Source of the DNA: Naegleria gruberi
Taxonomy: Eukaryota
Strand: one strand, 5' to 3'
DNA: 64,000 bases
NCBI GenBank assembly: GCA_000004985.1
Contig: GG738874.1
Part shown: in pieces, positions 11,901 to 22,810 of the stretch
Numbering within the stretch: position 1 is the stretch's first letter
How the letters are laid out: every line of letters begins with the position of its first letter
Translations under genes and position numbers: made by a program
The notes under the pieces: model-generated
The model's input: the letters and a program-made list of their open reading frames with translations, nothing else
Told to the model about the DNA's origin: nothing
Database searches by the model: none

Positions 11901-13434
11901 CAAGAAGTCAGTTGCTTCAAAGCTTGTTAAGTCAAAGACTGCTGAAAAGCTAGTTTCTCCAAAGAAGTCAACTACTAAAACAGATACTCCAAAGAAGGCC
12001 CAACCAAAGAAGTCAACCTCTTCAAAGCCGGCTACTTCTAAACCTGTTTCCAAACCAGTTTCACCAAAATCAACTAGTCAACAAAAGAAGCCAGCTACCA
12101 AGCCAAGCACTAAGAATGAACAACCAAAGAAGTCTTCAACAACTCCAAAGGTTGAGACAAAATATTTTGAAAAGAAGTCTGAAACTTCACCTATTAAGGT
12201 TGCCTCTGTTTCATCACCAAATATTGTCAAGTCAGTTGCTGAAAAGAAGCCAGTTACTAAACCAGCTACTCCAAAGAAGTCAACATATTCTAAGCCTGCT
12301 ACAAAGACTTCATCCTCTCCAAAGGTTACTGTAAAGTCTGTCAAAACCGTTGCTCCAAAGAAAGCTACTCCAAAGAAGTCAGAAAAGAAATTAGAGGAAA
12401 AGAAATCAAAGACTGTCTCAAACCCAAAGAAACAAGTTTCCAAGACTGAAAAGCCAAAAGCTAAACCAACTTCTCAACAAAAAAAGCAAGATACCAAACC
12501 AAAGAAAAGTTCAACAACTCCAAAGGTAGAAACAAAACCATTTGAAAAGAAGTCTGAAACTTCATCAATTAAGGTTGCTTCTGTCTCCTCATCAAAGCTT
12601 GCTGTAAAGTCTGTTTCTACTAAACCAAAGATTGCTGTTTCTCCAAAGAAACCAACCAAGAAGCGAGTTGTTGAAAAGAAGTCAACTACTAAGAAGGCTC
12701 AACCAAAGATCACTTCTCCTAAATCTGCTACCAAGACTTCCTCTCCAAAGGTTGCTGTTAAACCTCAATCAGTTACTCCTAAGTTTGCTGTAAAGCCTGT
12801 TGCTTCCAAATCAAAGATTGCTGTCAAGCCAGTTTCTCCAAAGAAACCAACCAAGAAGCCAGTTATTACAAAGCCTACTGCTCCAAAGATTTCAGGTAAA
12901 TCAAAAGTAACTCCAATGCAATCAGGTGTCAAGATTCCAATTCACAATGCTCCAATGCAAGTTGTAAAGAAGCCAGCTGGAACAGTCAAGAAGTCAAACA
13001 AGAAGTCACCAAAGAAGCCACACAAGAAGTCACAAAAGAAGAGAGATGCCAAGAAGAGTTCACAAGCCAAGCCTGCCAGACCATCTTCTCAAAATGTTAA
13101 CACTCAACAAGTTAATGCTTCTCCAGTAGTCAACGTTCCAGTCTCTGTTCAATTGCCAGCTCAACCAATTTTGGAACAACAAGAAAGATTCAACAAAAGA
13201 CAATCTTCTTGGAATCAATATGTTCAAAACACTTTCAGAAATGAAGCATCTATCAAGGGACAAATTAAGAATTATTTGCTTAAATTGAAGCAAGATGTTG
13301 AACAATTAAGAAGAGATAACACTGCTCAAAAGGAAGCTCTTCAAAGATTGAGAGCCCAACAAAGTGTTAGACCAAGTGGCGCCAACTTTAGTGAAAAGGT
13401 TCATGATTTGATTGGAGCCATCAAGAGTATTTAA
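8909..13434 (+). CDS. Giant secreted lysine/proline/serine-rich protein with an N-terminal VWD-like GDPH domain (gene B, tandem paralog of A): join(8909..9037,9145..13434)
   Basis: Exon 1 is ATG 8909 ... AVVK, with GTAAGT at 9038. Acceptor is AG at 9143-9144. Exon 2 reads KCVSSGDPHLRTFSGTRFDYYSVGEYVLAE.... Long K/P/S/T repeats follow with SPKK/TPKK/KPxTKP motifs resembling histone H1 tails. C-terminal coiled coil (LKLKQDVEQLRRDNTAQKEALQRLRAQQ). Confidence 0.6.
9038..9144 (+). other. Intron, 107 nt, GTAAGT...CAATAG, phase 0
   Basis: Canonical donor directly after the signal-peptide exon. Acceptor context is identical to gene A. Confidence 0.55.
11101..12300 (+). repeat. Intragenic ~300-bp near-identical repeat units (11101-11410 and 11990-12300), with a shorter third copy near 10441
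   Basis: Blocks encoding QPKKSTSSKPATSKP...TSQQKKPxATK...TKNEQPKKSSTTPKVETKYFEKKSETSPIKVASVSSPN recur with very few nucleotide differences. Confidence 0.6.
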
Positions 13435-13692
13435 ATAAATGTATTGTTTATTCTCTCATTGTTCTTTTTTGAGTGGCAATGTTGTTGATATTTTAAATTT
13501 TTGATTCTGATTGAATAATCAATCCATAAATGTTAAAATTATCCAAACTCCAAGGCAGTGTTATGGTATTAAGGGTATTAAGTAATCTCTCCAAATGCAG
13601 GTGATTTCACAATATCCAAGGTTTCATCAGTTTGCAATAGAACTATTATGTAAACTTTGATTAATTTAAAATAAGGGTACTCTCAACCTTTT

Positions 13693-15489
13693 TCAGTCAA
13701 CTGAATGTCGGATTCTGTAAAAGCTGTACTCATCAAGAAGGTGTTTGATATTTGGTAACAGCTTAGCCTTATTGATCTTTTTACACCCATTGATATAAAT
13801 CTTTGAAATATTATTACATTTTTTAACAATACTATTAATTGTCTTCTCAGTAATTTCACAATACTGAAGATCTATTTCTTCTAGGTTAGGTAAATTGGAA
13901 AGAGTCATACCACTCTCATCATGTATTTGATCTTGACTCAAATTTAAAAGGAAAACCTTTTTCAAACTTGTTATCATTGAAATATGCTTTGTTCCGATAT
14001 CTCCACAAGTTGAGCTTTGTGTAACAGATAATAGCTCAAGGTTAGGGAGGTTCTTAAGGTATTTGAAATCATCTCTTTCATGTCCACGTGTACAATCAAG
14101 ATACAGACTTTTAAGAGACACTAATTCTGAAATACCTTCAAACAATTGTGAATTAATCTTTGTGTGTTCTAAATCAAGGAAAGTAAGCGTTGAAGGTAGT
14201 CTATTAAAGGTCGAAAGACAAATTGAGTCGTGTCGAACAGTCAGCTTTTCAATTTTCAAGTCGCTGAGAGCTTTTAAGAACTCTGTTTGTTCATCTCCTA
14301 TTGCTACTTCAATTGAGCGTGAGTAAGAAGATTGAATTGATACATTCACTTCCTTCAATTCTTGCCAGTTTCCAATAAAATTTCCACATTTTCCAATGGA
14401 GACAGAAGATTCAATTATTAGTTTTTGAAGTTTAGGGGTTGATTTGGAAATTTTCTCCATGCTTTCAACAGAAAAATAATCTCCCAAATAAGCAAATTCC
14501 TTCATGTTTTGAATTTTACAGATGGAATCAGAAGCCTCAGCCATGCTGAAAGATTTTTGATACATGTACCCTTTCGTAGGCATGTTGGTGTATCCAAGTC
14601 TTACTATTTCAAGGTTTGGAAAATTATTTGCTCCAAACTCAACAGCACTTTCAAAGGTCTCCAATCTTTGCAAATCAATTTTGGTTACCTTTTCACAAAG
14701 TGACTTATCCTTTTCAAAAACATTTGAAATATAGGTGAGTCTTTTGGAAATTCTTTCTTCTAAATCTGTTGGTGCTTTTCTTCTATCTACAATATTCAGC
14801 CAACACATCGTTCTAAAGTAGTCGTCAATTGGTAAATTAAGACTTGTCATTATTGTTAACAAGCGGTGATATTCAGTTGCAGAACGACGATCATCAATAG
14901 AAACTACTGCAGCTCTCTTGAAAATCAATTTTGGGGCAGTGTCTGTTCCTCTGTTTGTGAACTTTCCAAAATATTGCTTATAAAACAATGATTCATCAAA
15001 TTTCAATGAATTTAAATCTATTTCTCTAGTAGGAATCACTACAGGATTCAAACAAACTTTAAATCCTGGTCCAACATAATAATCTAAAATTTCTAAAACA
15101 ATTTCTGGAGGAAGAATACTCAACAACTCTTTATCCAAACCCTTCTTCACTGGCTTTTTTGTTTCCTTGTTTGCTTGATTAGTAGTACTTGCAGTTTTAG
15201 TAATCTTCTTTCTAACTACAACCGGATGTTTTTTAGATTGTTGAGGAAGTGGATTTGATGTACGTGAGGGTGAATTTACCTTACTTGATCCGCCATAAAT
15301 AGAGACTGCCTTCTTATGAGAAGTTTCTGGTTGAAAGTTTGGCTTTGAATCTCCATCTCTTGCCTTGATAAATTTATTGTTGGGTGATGGCTCTACAGTT
15401 TTTTTCATATTTTTTTTGAGCATGAACTTGCCTTGATGTTTTAACTTGTGCGTTACGCAAAATAGGTTTAGAATGGTAATATCACACAT
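13693..15489 (-). CDS. F-box / leucine-rich-repeat protein, 598 aa
   Basis: LSILPPEIVLEILDYY is an F-box-like motif. It is followed by multiple LxxLxLxxC/N LRR units (LTFLDLEHTKI, LKSLYLDCT, LELLSVTQSS, LKKVFLLNLS). ATG at 15489; an internal ATG (MLKKNMKK) is an alternative start. Confidence 0.5.
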   Translation of the reverse strand: MCDITILNLFCVTHKLKHQGKFMLKKNMKKTVEPSPNNKFIKARDGDSKPNFQPETSHKKAVSIYGGSSKVNSPSRTSNPLPQQSKKHPVVVRKKITKTASTTNQANKETKKPVKKGLDKELLSILPPEIVLEILDYYVGPGFKVCLNPVVIPTREIDLNSLKFDESLFYKQYFGKFTNRGTDTAPKLIFKRAAVVSIDDRRSATEYHRLLTIMTSLNLPIDDYFRTMCWLNIVDRRKAPTDLEERISKRLTYISNVFEKDKSLCEKVTKIDLQRLETFESAVEFGANNFPNLEIVRLGYTNMPTKGYMYQKSFSMAEASDSICKIQNMKEFAYLGDYFSVESMEKISKSTPKLQKLIIESSVSIGKCGNFIGNWQELKEVNVSIQSSYSRSIEVAIGDEQTEFLKALSDLKIEKLTVRHDSICLSTFNRLPSTLTFLDLEHTKINSQLFEGISELVSLKSLYLDCTRGHERDDFKYLKNLPNLELLSVTQSSTCGDIGTKHISMITSLKKVFLLNLSQDQIHDESGMTLSNLPNLEEIDLQYCEITEKTINSIVKKCNNISKIYINGCKKINKAKLLPNIKHLLDEYSFYRIRHSVD

Positions 15490-16230
15490 CTACTCTACTG
15501 TGGGTATTATTAAATCATTATTTGATTCTACAGGAACGTTCAGGAGAAATTCTTGTCCTTTCAATCCTTTGGAAAAATCATTTTCTGAAATTTCTGATAA
15601 TTCCATAATTGGAGGAGATTAATTGTACCTTTGAAACCAAAAAAAAAGAAATAAAAATAAGGAAAATGAAGAATATTATCCTGCTATTGATTTGTAAAAA
15701 GAGTATTTTTTGTTGTAATAATATTAAACTTATATTCTTTCCAATTTTCAATTCTTAAAAAAAAAGCAAAACAATCCAAAGGCTTCCAATATCATCAAGC
15801 CTAACAAAAATTACAAAGCCTTTAAATTCCTCCAAACCATCAACAACTTCATCATCGACAACTATTGATAGTCGTGATGTAATTAAATTAATGTTACAAG
15901 TTTGTAGGGGAAATACCATGATTGAAGGTTATATTTGAATGGATAGAATTATCGGAAGGTTTTTAATGAATATTCATGTGATTTCTAATGATTTTAAGAG
16001 AGGAAGAACCTGCTAGATTTAAAAAGTTGGAACATGTTGTAAATAATGCAAAACATTTTGATAATTTAATTGCCTATGATATAAATATTATTGGAAACGC
16101 AATTCAATATCAAAAAGTTAAACAAGGGTGATGATTTTATTAGATCATACTATTAAGAATGTTAAAAAAGCATCGGAGAAGTCCATTATTACTCCACACC
16201 TGAAAACCTTTTCTCAAGAATTTTCACCAT

Positions 16231-16270
16231 TGTAGTGTAGCAGTTATTGTTGTAGTGTAGCAGTTGTTGT
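16231..16270 (+). promoter_or_regulatory. Tandem 20-bp direct repeat (tgtagtgtagcagttRttgt x2) ~200 bp upstream of gene C
   Basis: Exact duplication read directly in the sequence. It lies in the divergent intergenic region between the F-box gene (-) and K-rich gene C (+). Confidence 0.25.
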
Positions 16271-16471
16271 GTTTCCAGAAACCATTCTAATTTTGCTCTT
16301 TTGCAAACAACTAACATCTGACCTTCAGCATTTTAAAACGATCTCTTCCTATACTACAATACCCTTATTGTGTTCAATGCTCTCGTTAATGGCCCACTGT
16401 AAATGCCACACCCCAAAGCAATGTTCAAAAAAAGAACACACACAACGTTTCTCTCTATAGTGTATGCAAAA

Positions 16472-19400
16472 ATGATTAAGGCTAGAAGGAGTAACTTTTC
16501 ACTTTTAATTGGGGTTGTCTTGGTGTGCATGATTGCATTCTTGAGCATGTATGCACATGCCGGTAAGAGCTCATCAGCACCACCACGAACTGCTGCTCCG
16601 TCCGTGGCTAGAGCTCAACTACCTCCACAGCCAGTTTCAAGAGCACCTCCGATGGCACAACCAATTTCAAGACAGGCAACTCCACAACCTGTATCAAAAC
16701 CAACTCCAGTTTCTAAACCAGCTGCTGCTCAACCTATTGTTGCCAACGTTAATGAAAAGAAATCTTTCCCAAAGAAAGGAGATCCATCTTTTGTTGGACC
16801 TGTTCAACCAAAGAAACAATCATCAACACCAGCTACTTCTAAACCAGAAGTTCCAAAGGCAGGCGCCAAGAACAAGCCTGTCGTGGATATCAAGAAATCT
16901 AATGATGTTATAGTAGCAAATGTTAATGATAAGAAATCTGGTAGAAAGAAGGAAGAAACAAAACCTGAAAAGACTGTTGAACACAAGAAAGACAGTACAT
17001 CTAGCAAGATTGAAAAGAAATCTGAAGAATCAAAGCCAGACACCAAGGTGGAACACAAATTTGATGAAAAGAAACCTGATATCAAGTCAAAGACTGAAAA
17101 AAAGAAAGAAGAAAAGACATCTTCTCATAAGGATGATGTAAAGAATTCTGAAAAGAAGGCCCAGAAATCTGAACTTAAGGAAGATAAGAAATCTGAAAAT
17201 TATAATAAGATGACCAATGAGAAAAACAAGATGAATGATAAGAAATCTGATGTAAAGAAATCTTCAAAGAATTTAGAAGAAAATAAGAAGGAATCCGTTG
17301 AGCATAACAAGGCTAATAAGGATTCTGAAACTTCCAAACCAGATTCCAAAATGCAAGTCAAATCATCAGAAAAATCAAATTTAAAAAAGGATGAAAAAAA
17401 ATCCGAACATAAGGAGGATAAGAAATCTGATAAGAAATTTGATAAGAAAAAGAAATCTGATAACAAGAAGGATGAAAAGAAATCTGATGACAAGAAATCT
17501 ACCGAAATCAAATCTGATAAGACTGATCATAAGAAATCCAATAAGGATGATAAGAAATCAGAAAAGAAGGGTTCAACCGATAAGAAGAAGACTGATGGTG
17601 AAAAGTCAGATAAGAAGACTAAGGATGTAAAGTCTGATAATCCTGATTCTAAGAATACTAGTAAATCAAAGAAGTCTGTTGATAAGAAGAAGACTAACAC
17701 AAAGAAGGATAAGAAGACCAATAAGGAAGAAAAGAAATCTGTAGAAAAGAATGAAAAGAAAATAGGAAAGAAGTCTACAAATACAGCCACAAAGAAGGAT
17801 ACTACCAAGTCCACTAAGAAAACTGATAAGAAATCCTCTGAAAATAAGAAGACAAGTGGATCCAAAAAGGCCGAGCCTAAAAAGAAAACCAATTCAACCA
17901 AACCTGGAAAGAAATCTAGCACAAAGAAGCTCTCTAGTACGAAATCAAAATCTATTGGAAAGAAATCTGATATTAAGGAGGGTAACAAGAATGCTAAACC
18001 AAAGACCACTGATACCGGTAAGAAATCAGCTTCTGATAAGAAATCCAAGTCAGACAAGAAATCTGAAAAGAGCCCAACAAGTGTAAAAAAGGATAAGAAG
18101 AGTACCAAATCAAAAACTGAAAAAAAGTCAACAACTAGAATGAAATCCAAGGATGTTAAAAAGCCAGGAATGACACCAAAATCATTTGATAACATGTTTG
18201 CTCAACAAGCTAAAAAGTTGTCTCAACCAACAAGTCCAGTCAAACCAAACACAAAGTCTGACAAGAAGTCCAACAAGCCAAAGAAATCAAACACTGGTAA
18301 GAGGACCTATTCCAAGAAGAATGATAAGTCAAAAACTAGTTCCAAGAAACCTGGAAAGAAATCTAGCACAAAGAACCTAGCTGGTAAGAAATCAAAATCT
18401 ATTGAAAACAAATCTGATGTTAAATCCACAAAATCAGGAAAGAAGTCTTCAAAAAATACTGGCAAAAAATCTGGAAAGAAATCTACCAACAAGTCTGGAA
18501 AGAAATCAACTAAAAAGAGTAAGAACACTACTAAGTCTGGAAAGATATCCAATACTGGAAAGTCTGGAAAGAAATCAAAGAATGGTAATACGAAATCAGA
18601 TAAGAAGACCAAGAAATCAGAAACTGGTAAGAAATCAAAAAATTCCAAAGGAAAGAAGGATAGTAAGAAATCAAAGAAATCTACCAAAAAATCAGTAACG
18701 TCAACTAAAACAACTAGTAAGAAATCTAACAAGTCTGGAAAGAAGGCTTCTAAGAATACTGGCAAGAAATCAGGAAAGAAATCCAATAAGCCTGGAAAGT
18801 CAAAGAAGATACCCAAGAAATTAGGTAAGAAGGGTTCTAAAAAGGCTAACCAACCAAGCAAATCCAGTAACAAGTCTGGAAAGACCTTAAAGAATGGTAA
18901 ACCAAAGAAATCCAATACTGGAAAGACATTAAAGAATGACACATCAAAGAAATCAACTAAAAAGGGCAAGAACGGTACTAAGTCTGGAAAGAAATCAAAA
19001 TCTGGTAAGAAGACTAAGAAATCAGAAACTGGAAAGAATTCTGGAAAGAAATCAAATACTGGAGAGAAAAACAACAATTCTTCTAAGAATAATAAGAAAA
19101 AGAACTTGAATGGAAAGAAGGACAAGTCCAAAAACAAATCAACTAATTTAAAGAATAATAAGAACACCAATAAGAAGAGTGCAAACAAATCAAGGAATAA
19201 CAAGAACATGACTGAACAAAAGGAAGAATCTGAATCATCTTTTGGCACACCAGATTCTGAGGAGAGAGAAACTCCATATTCTGAAGATGGACCAATAATA
19301 TTATTAAGAGATGATAACATCTTATCTAATTCTTACAAACAAAGAGGAATTGAAATTGAAGATGAACCAGTTAAAGTAGTTGAAAAGAATAGTATGAAGG

Positions 19401-20608
19401 TCAAGCAAGTCGATAGTGAAATTGAACTATCTAGTGATCAAGATGAAGAAAGGCCACTCCAAATTTCTAAGAGGCAAGTTGAAAAGTCAATTCAAAGAAA
19501 CGATTTTGAAGACAATGAGGAACCAAAGGTCTCTAAATCTAAACAAGACGCTGAAAAATCCGAAGTTGAAAAGACCATTCAAAGAAAAGAGAAACACCAA
19601 GTTGAAGATGAAGAAGAAGCCCCTCAAAAGAAGTCTGTAAAAGGAAAGCATGATAAGAAATCTGGAAAGAAATTGAAGAATGAAAGATCAAAGAAGTCTG
19701 GAAAGTCTGTTGCTAAGAAAGGCAACAGGTCTGGAAAGAAATCAAATAATTCCACAGGAAAGAATGGCAATAAGAAATCAAAGAAATCTGGAAAGAACAC
19801 CAAAACAACAAGTAAGAAGTACGGAAAGAAGCTCACTAAAAAGAATACCAAGAAATTAGGTAGGAAGGGTTCTAAGAAATCTGTAATTAAACCAAAGAAA
19901 TCCAATCTTTCTTATGGTAAGGATTCTGGAAAGAAATCTTCCAAACAATCCAGAAAAGTGGAATATGAAGATGTTGAATATCCAATTCAAAGAAACCAAA
20001 AAAAAAGAAAACAACAAGTTGATGAAAAACCTCCTCAAAAGAAGTCTAGAAATATTTCAAAGAGACAGCAGCAAGATGAAGAAAGATTTATTCTACAATA
20101 TGAAAAGAAATCTGGACACAGAAAGGTTAATAAGAAATCATCCAAGCAAGAATTCGAAGAAAACCGAGCTCCAAAGAGGCAATATGTTGAATTTGATGAA
20201 GAAGTTCCTCAAGAGAATTCCAAATCTGGAATGGATATCTTGACCTATAGAACAAATCCAATCAATATCAATAACCATCAACCTCAAAAAAGAATGATCA
20301 ATAGAATTACCCCTCAAACAGTATCTCAATTAAGACCAATCGAATCAAATGCCCCAGCTATTACTAATCCACAAATTTATCATCCATTTGTTAGACCAAA
20401 TAACTTTGTTACCACTGCTCCACCAGCTATTGCTCGACCAAATAACTTTACTCCTCAAACACAATCTCATGATGAAACTATGAATCTGCAAAATATTGGT
20501 ATCAATCTTGTCACCAACAATCCAACTCCTACAGCTCCAAATCATAATGTTAACAGAGCCAGAGTTGTACAAGCTTTGAGAAAATTGATTGCCTCTATGA
20601 AGAAATAA
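16472..20608 (+). CDS. Giant lysine-rich low-complexity protein C (~1378 aa) with a signal/anchor N-terminus, Pro-rich segment, KKSxKK repeats and a conserved C-terminal motif
   Basis: First true ATG at 16472 (MIKARRSNFSLLIGVVLVCMIAFLSMYAHA); the ORF track start at 16403 is upstream of it. Long KKSDKKS/GKKSxK repeats follow. The C-terminal ...NLVTNNPTPTAP...RARVVQALRKLIASMKK* is conserved with gene D. Confidence 0.5.
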   Translation: MIKARRSNFSLLIGVVLVCMIAFLSMYAHAGKSSSAPPRTAAPSVARAQLPPQPVSRAPPMAQPISRQATPQPVSKPTPVSKPAAAQPIVANVNEKKSFPKKGDPSFVGPVQPKKQSSTPATSKPEVPKAGAKNKPVVDIKKSNDVIVANVNDKKSGRKKEETKPEKTVEHKKDSTSSKIEKKSEESKPDTKVEHKFDEKKPDIKSKTEKKKEEKTSSHKDDVKNSEKKAQKSELKEDKKSENYNKMTNEKNKMNDKKSDVKKSSKNLEENKKESVEHNKANKDSETSKPDSKMQVKSSEKSNLKKDEKKSEHKEDKKSDKKFDKKKKSDNKKDEKKSDDKKSTEIKSDKTDHKKSNKDDKKSEKKGSTDKKKTDGEKSDKKTKDVKSDNPDSKNTSKSKKSVDKKKTNTKKDKKTNKEEKKSVEKNEKKIGKKSTNTATKKDTTKSTKKTDKKSSENKKTSGSKKAEPKKKTNSTKPGKKSSTKKLSSTKSKSIGKKSDIKEGNKNAKPKTTDTGKKSASDKKSKSDKKSEKSPTSVKKDKKSTKSKTEKKSTTRMKSKDVKKPGMTPKSFDNMFAQQAKKLSQPTSPVKPNTKSDKKSNKPKKSNTGKRTYSKKNDKSKTSSKKPGKKSSTKNLAGKKSKSIENKSDVKSTKSGKKSSKNTGKKSGKKSTNKSGKKSTKKSKNTTKSGKISNTGKSGKKSKNGNTKSDKKTKKSETGKKSKNSKGKKDSKKSKKSTKKSVTSTKTTSKKSNKSGKKASKNTGKKSGKKSNKPGKSKKIPKKLGKKGSKKANQPSKSSNKSGKTLKNGKPKKSNTGKTLKNDTSKKSTKKGKNGTKSGKKSKSGKKTKKSETGKNSGKKSNTGEKNNNSSKNNKKKNLNGKKDKSKNKSTNLKNNKNTNKKSANKSRNNKNMTEQKEESESSFGTPDSEERETPYSEDGPIILLRDDNILSNSYKQRGIEIEDEPVKVVEKNSMKVKQVDSEIELSSDQDEERPLQISKRQVEKSIQRNDFEDNEEPKVSKSKQDAEKSEVEKTIQRKEKHQVEDEEEAPQKKSVKGKHDKKSGKKLKNERSKKSGKSVAKKGNRSGKKSNNSTGKNGNKKSKKSGKNTKTTSKKYGKKLTKKNTKKLGRKGSKKSVIKPKKSNLSYGKDSGKKSSKQSRKVEYEDVEYPIQRNQKKRKQQVDEKPPQKKSRNISKRQQQDEERFILQYEKKSGHRKVNKKSSKQEFEENRAPKRQYVEFDEEVPQENSKSGMDILTYRTNPININNHQPQKRMINRITPQTVSQLRPIESNAPAITNPQIYHPFVRPNNFVTTAPPAIARPNNFTPQTQSHDETMNLQNIGINLVTNNPTPTAPNHNVNRARVVQALRKLIASMKK

Positions 20609-20714
20609 ACAATTAAGATTTGGTGTGTTTGAAAATTTAATTTTAACGGCTCTGGGAATATTTAAGAAAATTCACACAAGTGATTAATAATTAAGTTATG
20701 ATAAGAATTAGTGA

Positions 20715-22805
20715 ACGTTCATTACACATTCACTTGAATGGCTATCGTATCTTAAACCAGTAGCACAACCAACTGTTGAAAAGAAATCTGTTGCCAAGAC
20801 TGACAAGAGTCAAGTCAAATCAGCANCTGAAAAGAAGAAGGCCGATGTAACACCAAAAGAAATTGCTAAACCAACAAAGAAGCCAGTTGATACCAAGCCA
20901 GCTAAACCTGTTGTCGATACCAAGAAATCTGATGCCAAGAAGTCAACTGATAAATCTGGTAAGCCAAAGACTGGTGCCAAGAAAACTACTGGTAAGAACA
21001 CTGATGCCAAGAAGTCAACTAATAAGAAGACTGATGCAAAGACAGGAAAGTCTGCTACTGCCAAGAAGACTCCAGCTATGGCAACCAAGTCTGTTCAAAA
21101 TAAGACTATTGCCAAGAAATCTGATGCCAAGAAGTCAACTGATAAAACTGGAAAGCCAAAGACTGCTACCAAGAAGACTGCCAAGAAAACCATTGATAAG
21201 GCAAAGTCTGGTGTAAAGACTAATGCCAAGAAGACTGGTTTGAAGGGAAAGTCAACAAAGAAAGATGTCACCAAGTCAACTAAAAAGTCTGACAAGAAGC
21301 CATCTGCCAAGAAGGATAAGTCTGCCAAGAAGTCATCTGATAAGACTGTAAAATCAAAGAAATCATCTGAAAAGAAAACCGGTAAAAAATCCAAGAAAAC
21401 TGGTGTAAAGAAGACTGATAAGAAGGGAAAGAAGGATAAAAAGCCAACTAAAAAGACTCATAAGAAAACCAAGTTAAGTGCATTGACTAGAGCTAGAGGC
21501 CACGTCTTTAAGAAAAAGAAGAAGAATTTGACAACTGAAAACCCATCCCAATCATCCCAATCTCCAATTCTTGAACATATTCCAATGGAATCAGATGGTT
21601 TGTCAAGAAGACAAAGATATGAACGTTCACTTAAAGAAAAATCAAAGAAATCCGAAAACAATGAAGAGAATGTCCAAAAGGAATCTGAAGTTATTGCAAC
21701 TCCTAGTTCTGAAGACATTTCCTCACCAATTAATTCTGAAAGAGTAGCTACTTCTGAAGATTCACCGGTCCAAAACAATTCCGAAGAAAGATCTTCCTCA
21801 AACGATAACATCTCATCCAATTCTGTTAATCAAAGAGGACTTGAAATTGAAGATGATGTTAAAGTTGAAAAGAAACAACGTGTTGGAGTCAAGCAAGTTG
21901 ATGAAGAAATTGAATCTAAGGAAGAAATCAAGTCTGACGAAAAGAAATCTGCTAAGGTTTATGGAGAGTCTGATAAGAAACCTAGAAAGGATGAATCTGA
22001 AGAAGAATTGGAAGAGCCAACCTCTGTCCAAAAGAAATCCAAGAAGTCAACTAAGAAATCAAGAAATCTTACGAAGAAGACTGGTAAGAAGGGTGAGAAA
22101 TCAACCAAAAAGACTGCTCCAAAGAAGAATAGCAATAAGACAGGTAAGCAGACAGGTAAGAAGGGTAAGAAATCTGGAAACAAATCAAGAAAGGTTGTTA
22201 AGAAATCTGGAAACAAGTCAAACAAGAATGAAAAGAAACCAACCAAGAAGACTGATAAGAAGGGTAAGAAATCTGGAAACAAGTCTAACAAGGGTGCTAA
22301 GAGATCCACTAAGAAATCAGGAAAGGGTGAAAAGAAATCCATGAATACTCAAAATAGAAGAATCAATAGAATTGCTCCTCAATCAGTAACTCAATTCAAA
22401 CCAATGGAAATTGTTGATACTCCAGCTATCAGTAAGGCACAAATTTCCCAACCAGTTATCACTCAACAAGATGTCGAACCAACTACTGGTACTCAAAGAC
22501 AACTTCCAACTGGTGCAATGAATGTTCAAAACATTGACATTAATCTCATCACAAACAATCCAACTCCTACTGCTCCAGATAGTCCATCTCCATCCGAGAT
22601 TGCATTGGTCAGAAGATTTTTGGCTAATAGAAGAAGATTGGAAAAGAAGCAAGCTCCACAACAACCAAAGGAAGAACCAATGAATGTTTCTAATGTTGTC
22701 ACTGTTGGTATGCCTCAACCTGCTCAAAAGCCAACCAAACAAAATATTGATAGAGCTAAAGTTGCTGCTGCTTTGAGAAATTTGATTGCTTCTGTTAATA
22801 AATGA
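20715..22805 (+). CDS. Lysine-rich low-complexity protein D (tandem paralog of C); 5' end unresolved
   Basis: Frame is open from 20715 with K-rich coding from ~20763. The first in-frame ATG is at 21078 and a single N sits at 20826. C-terminal ...NLITNNPTPTAP...RAKVAAALRNLIASVNK* matches gene C. No signal-peptide exon was found, so an upstream exon or an assembly defect is likely. Confidence 0.4.
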   Translation, partial: TFITHSLEWLSYLKPVAQPTVEKKSVAKTDKSQVKSAXEKKKADVTPKEIAKPTKKPVDTKPAKPVVDTKKSDAKKSTDKSGKPKTGAKKTTGKNTDAKKSTNKKTDAKTGKSATAKKTPAMATKSVQNKTIAKKSDAKKSTDKTGKPKTATKKTAKKTIDKAKSGVKTNAKKTGLKGKSTKKDVTKSTKKSDKKPSAKKDKSAKKSSDKTVKSKKSSEKKTGKKSKKTGVKKTDKKGKKDKKPTKKTHKKTKLSALTRARGHVFKKKKKNLTTENPSQSSQSPILEHIPMESDGLSRRQRYERSLKEKSKKSENNEENVQKESEVIATPSSEDISSPINSERVATSEDSPVQNNSEERSSSNDNISSNSVNQRGLEIEDDVKVEKKQRVGVKQVDEEIESKEEIKSDEKKSAKVYGESDKKPRKDESEEELEEPTSVQKKSKKSTKKSRNLTKKTGKKGEKSTKKTAPKKNSNKTGKQTGKKGKKSGNKSRKVVKKSGNKSNKNEKKPTKKTDKKGKKSGNKSNKGAKRSTKKSGKGEKKSMNTQNRRINRIAPQSVTQFKPMEIVDTPAISKAQISQPVITQQDVEPTTGTQRQLPTGAMNVQNIDINLITNNPTPTAPDSPSPSEIALVRRFLANRRRLEKKQAPQQPKEEPMNVSNVVTVGMPQPAQKPTKQNIDRAKVAAALRNLIASVNK

Positions 22806-22810
22806 ATTCT

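Noticed and set aside
10000-13000. Highly regular short repeats in the K-rich genes, considered as possible CRISPR or satellite arrays
   Set aside because: The repeats are in-frame protein-coding with variable lengths and no spacer/repeat alternation. The locus is eukaryotic.
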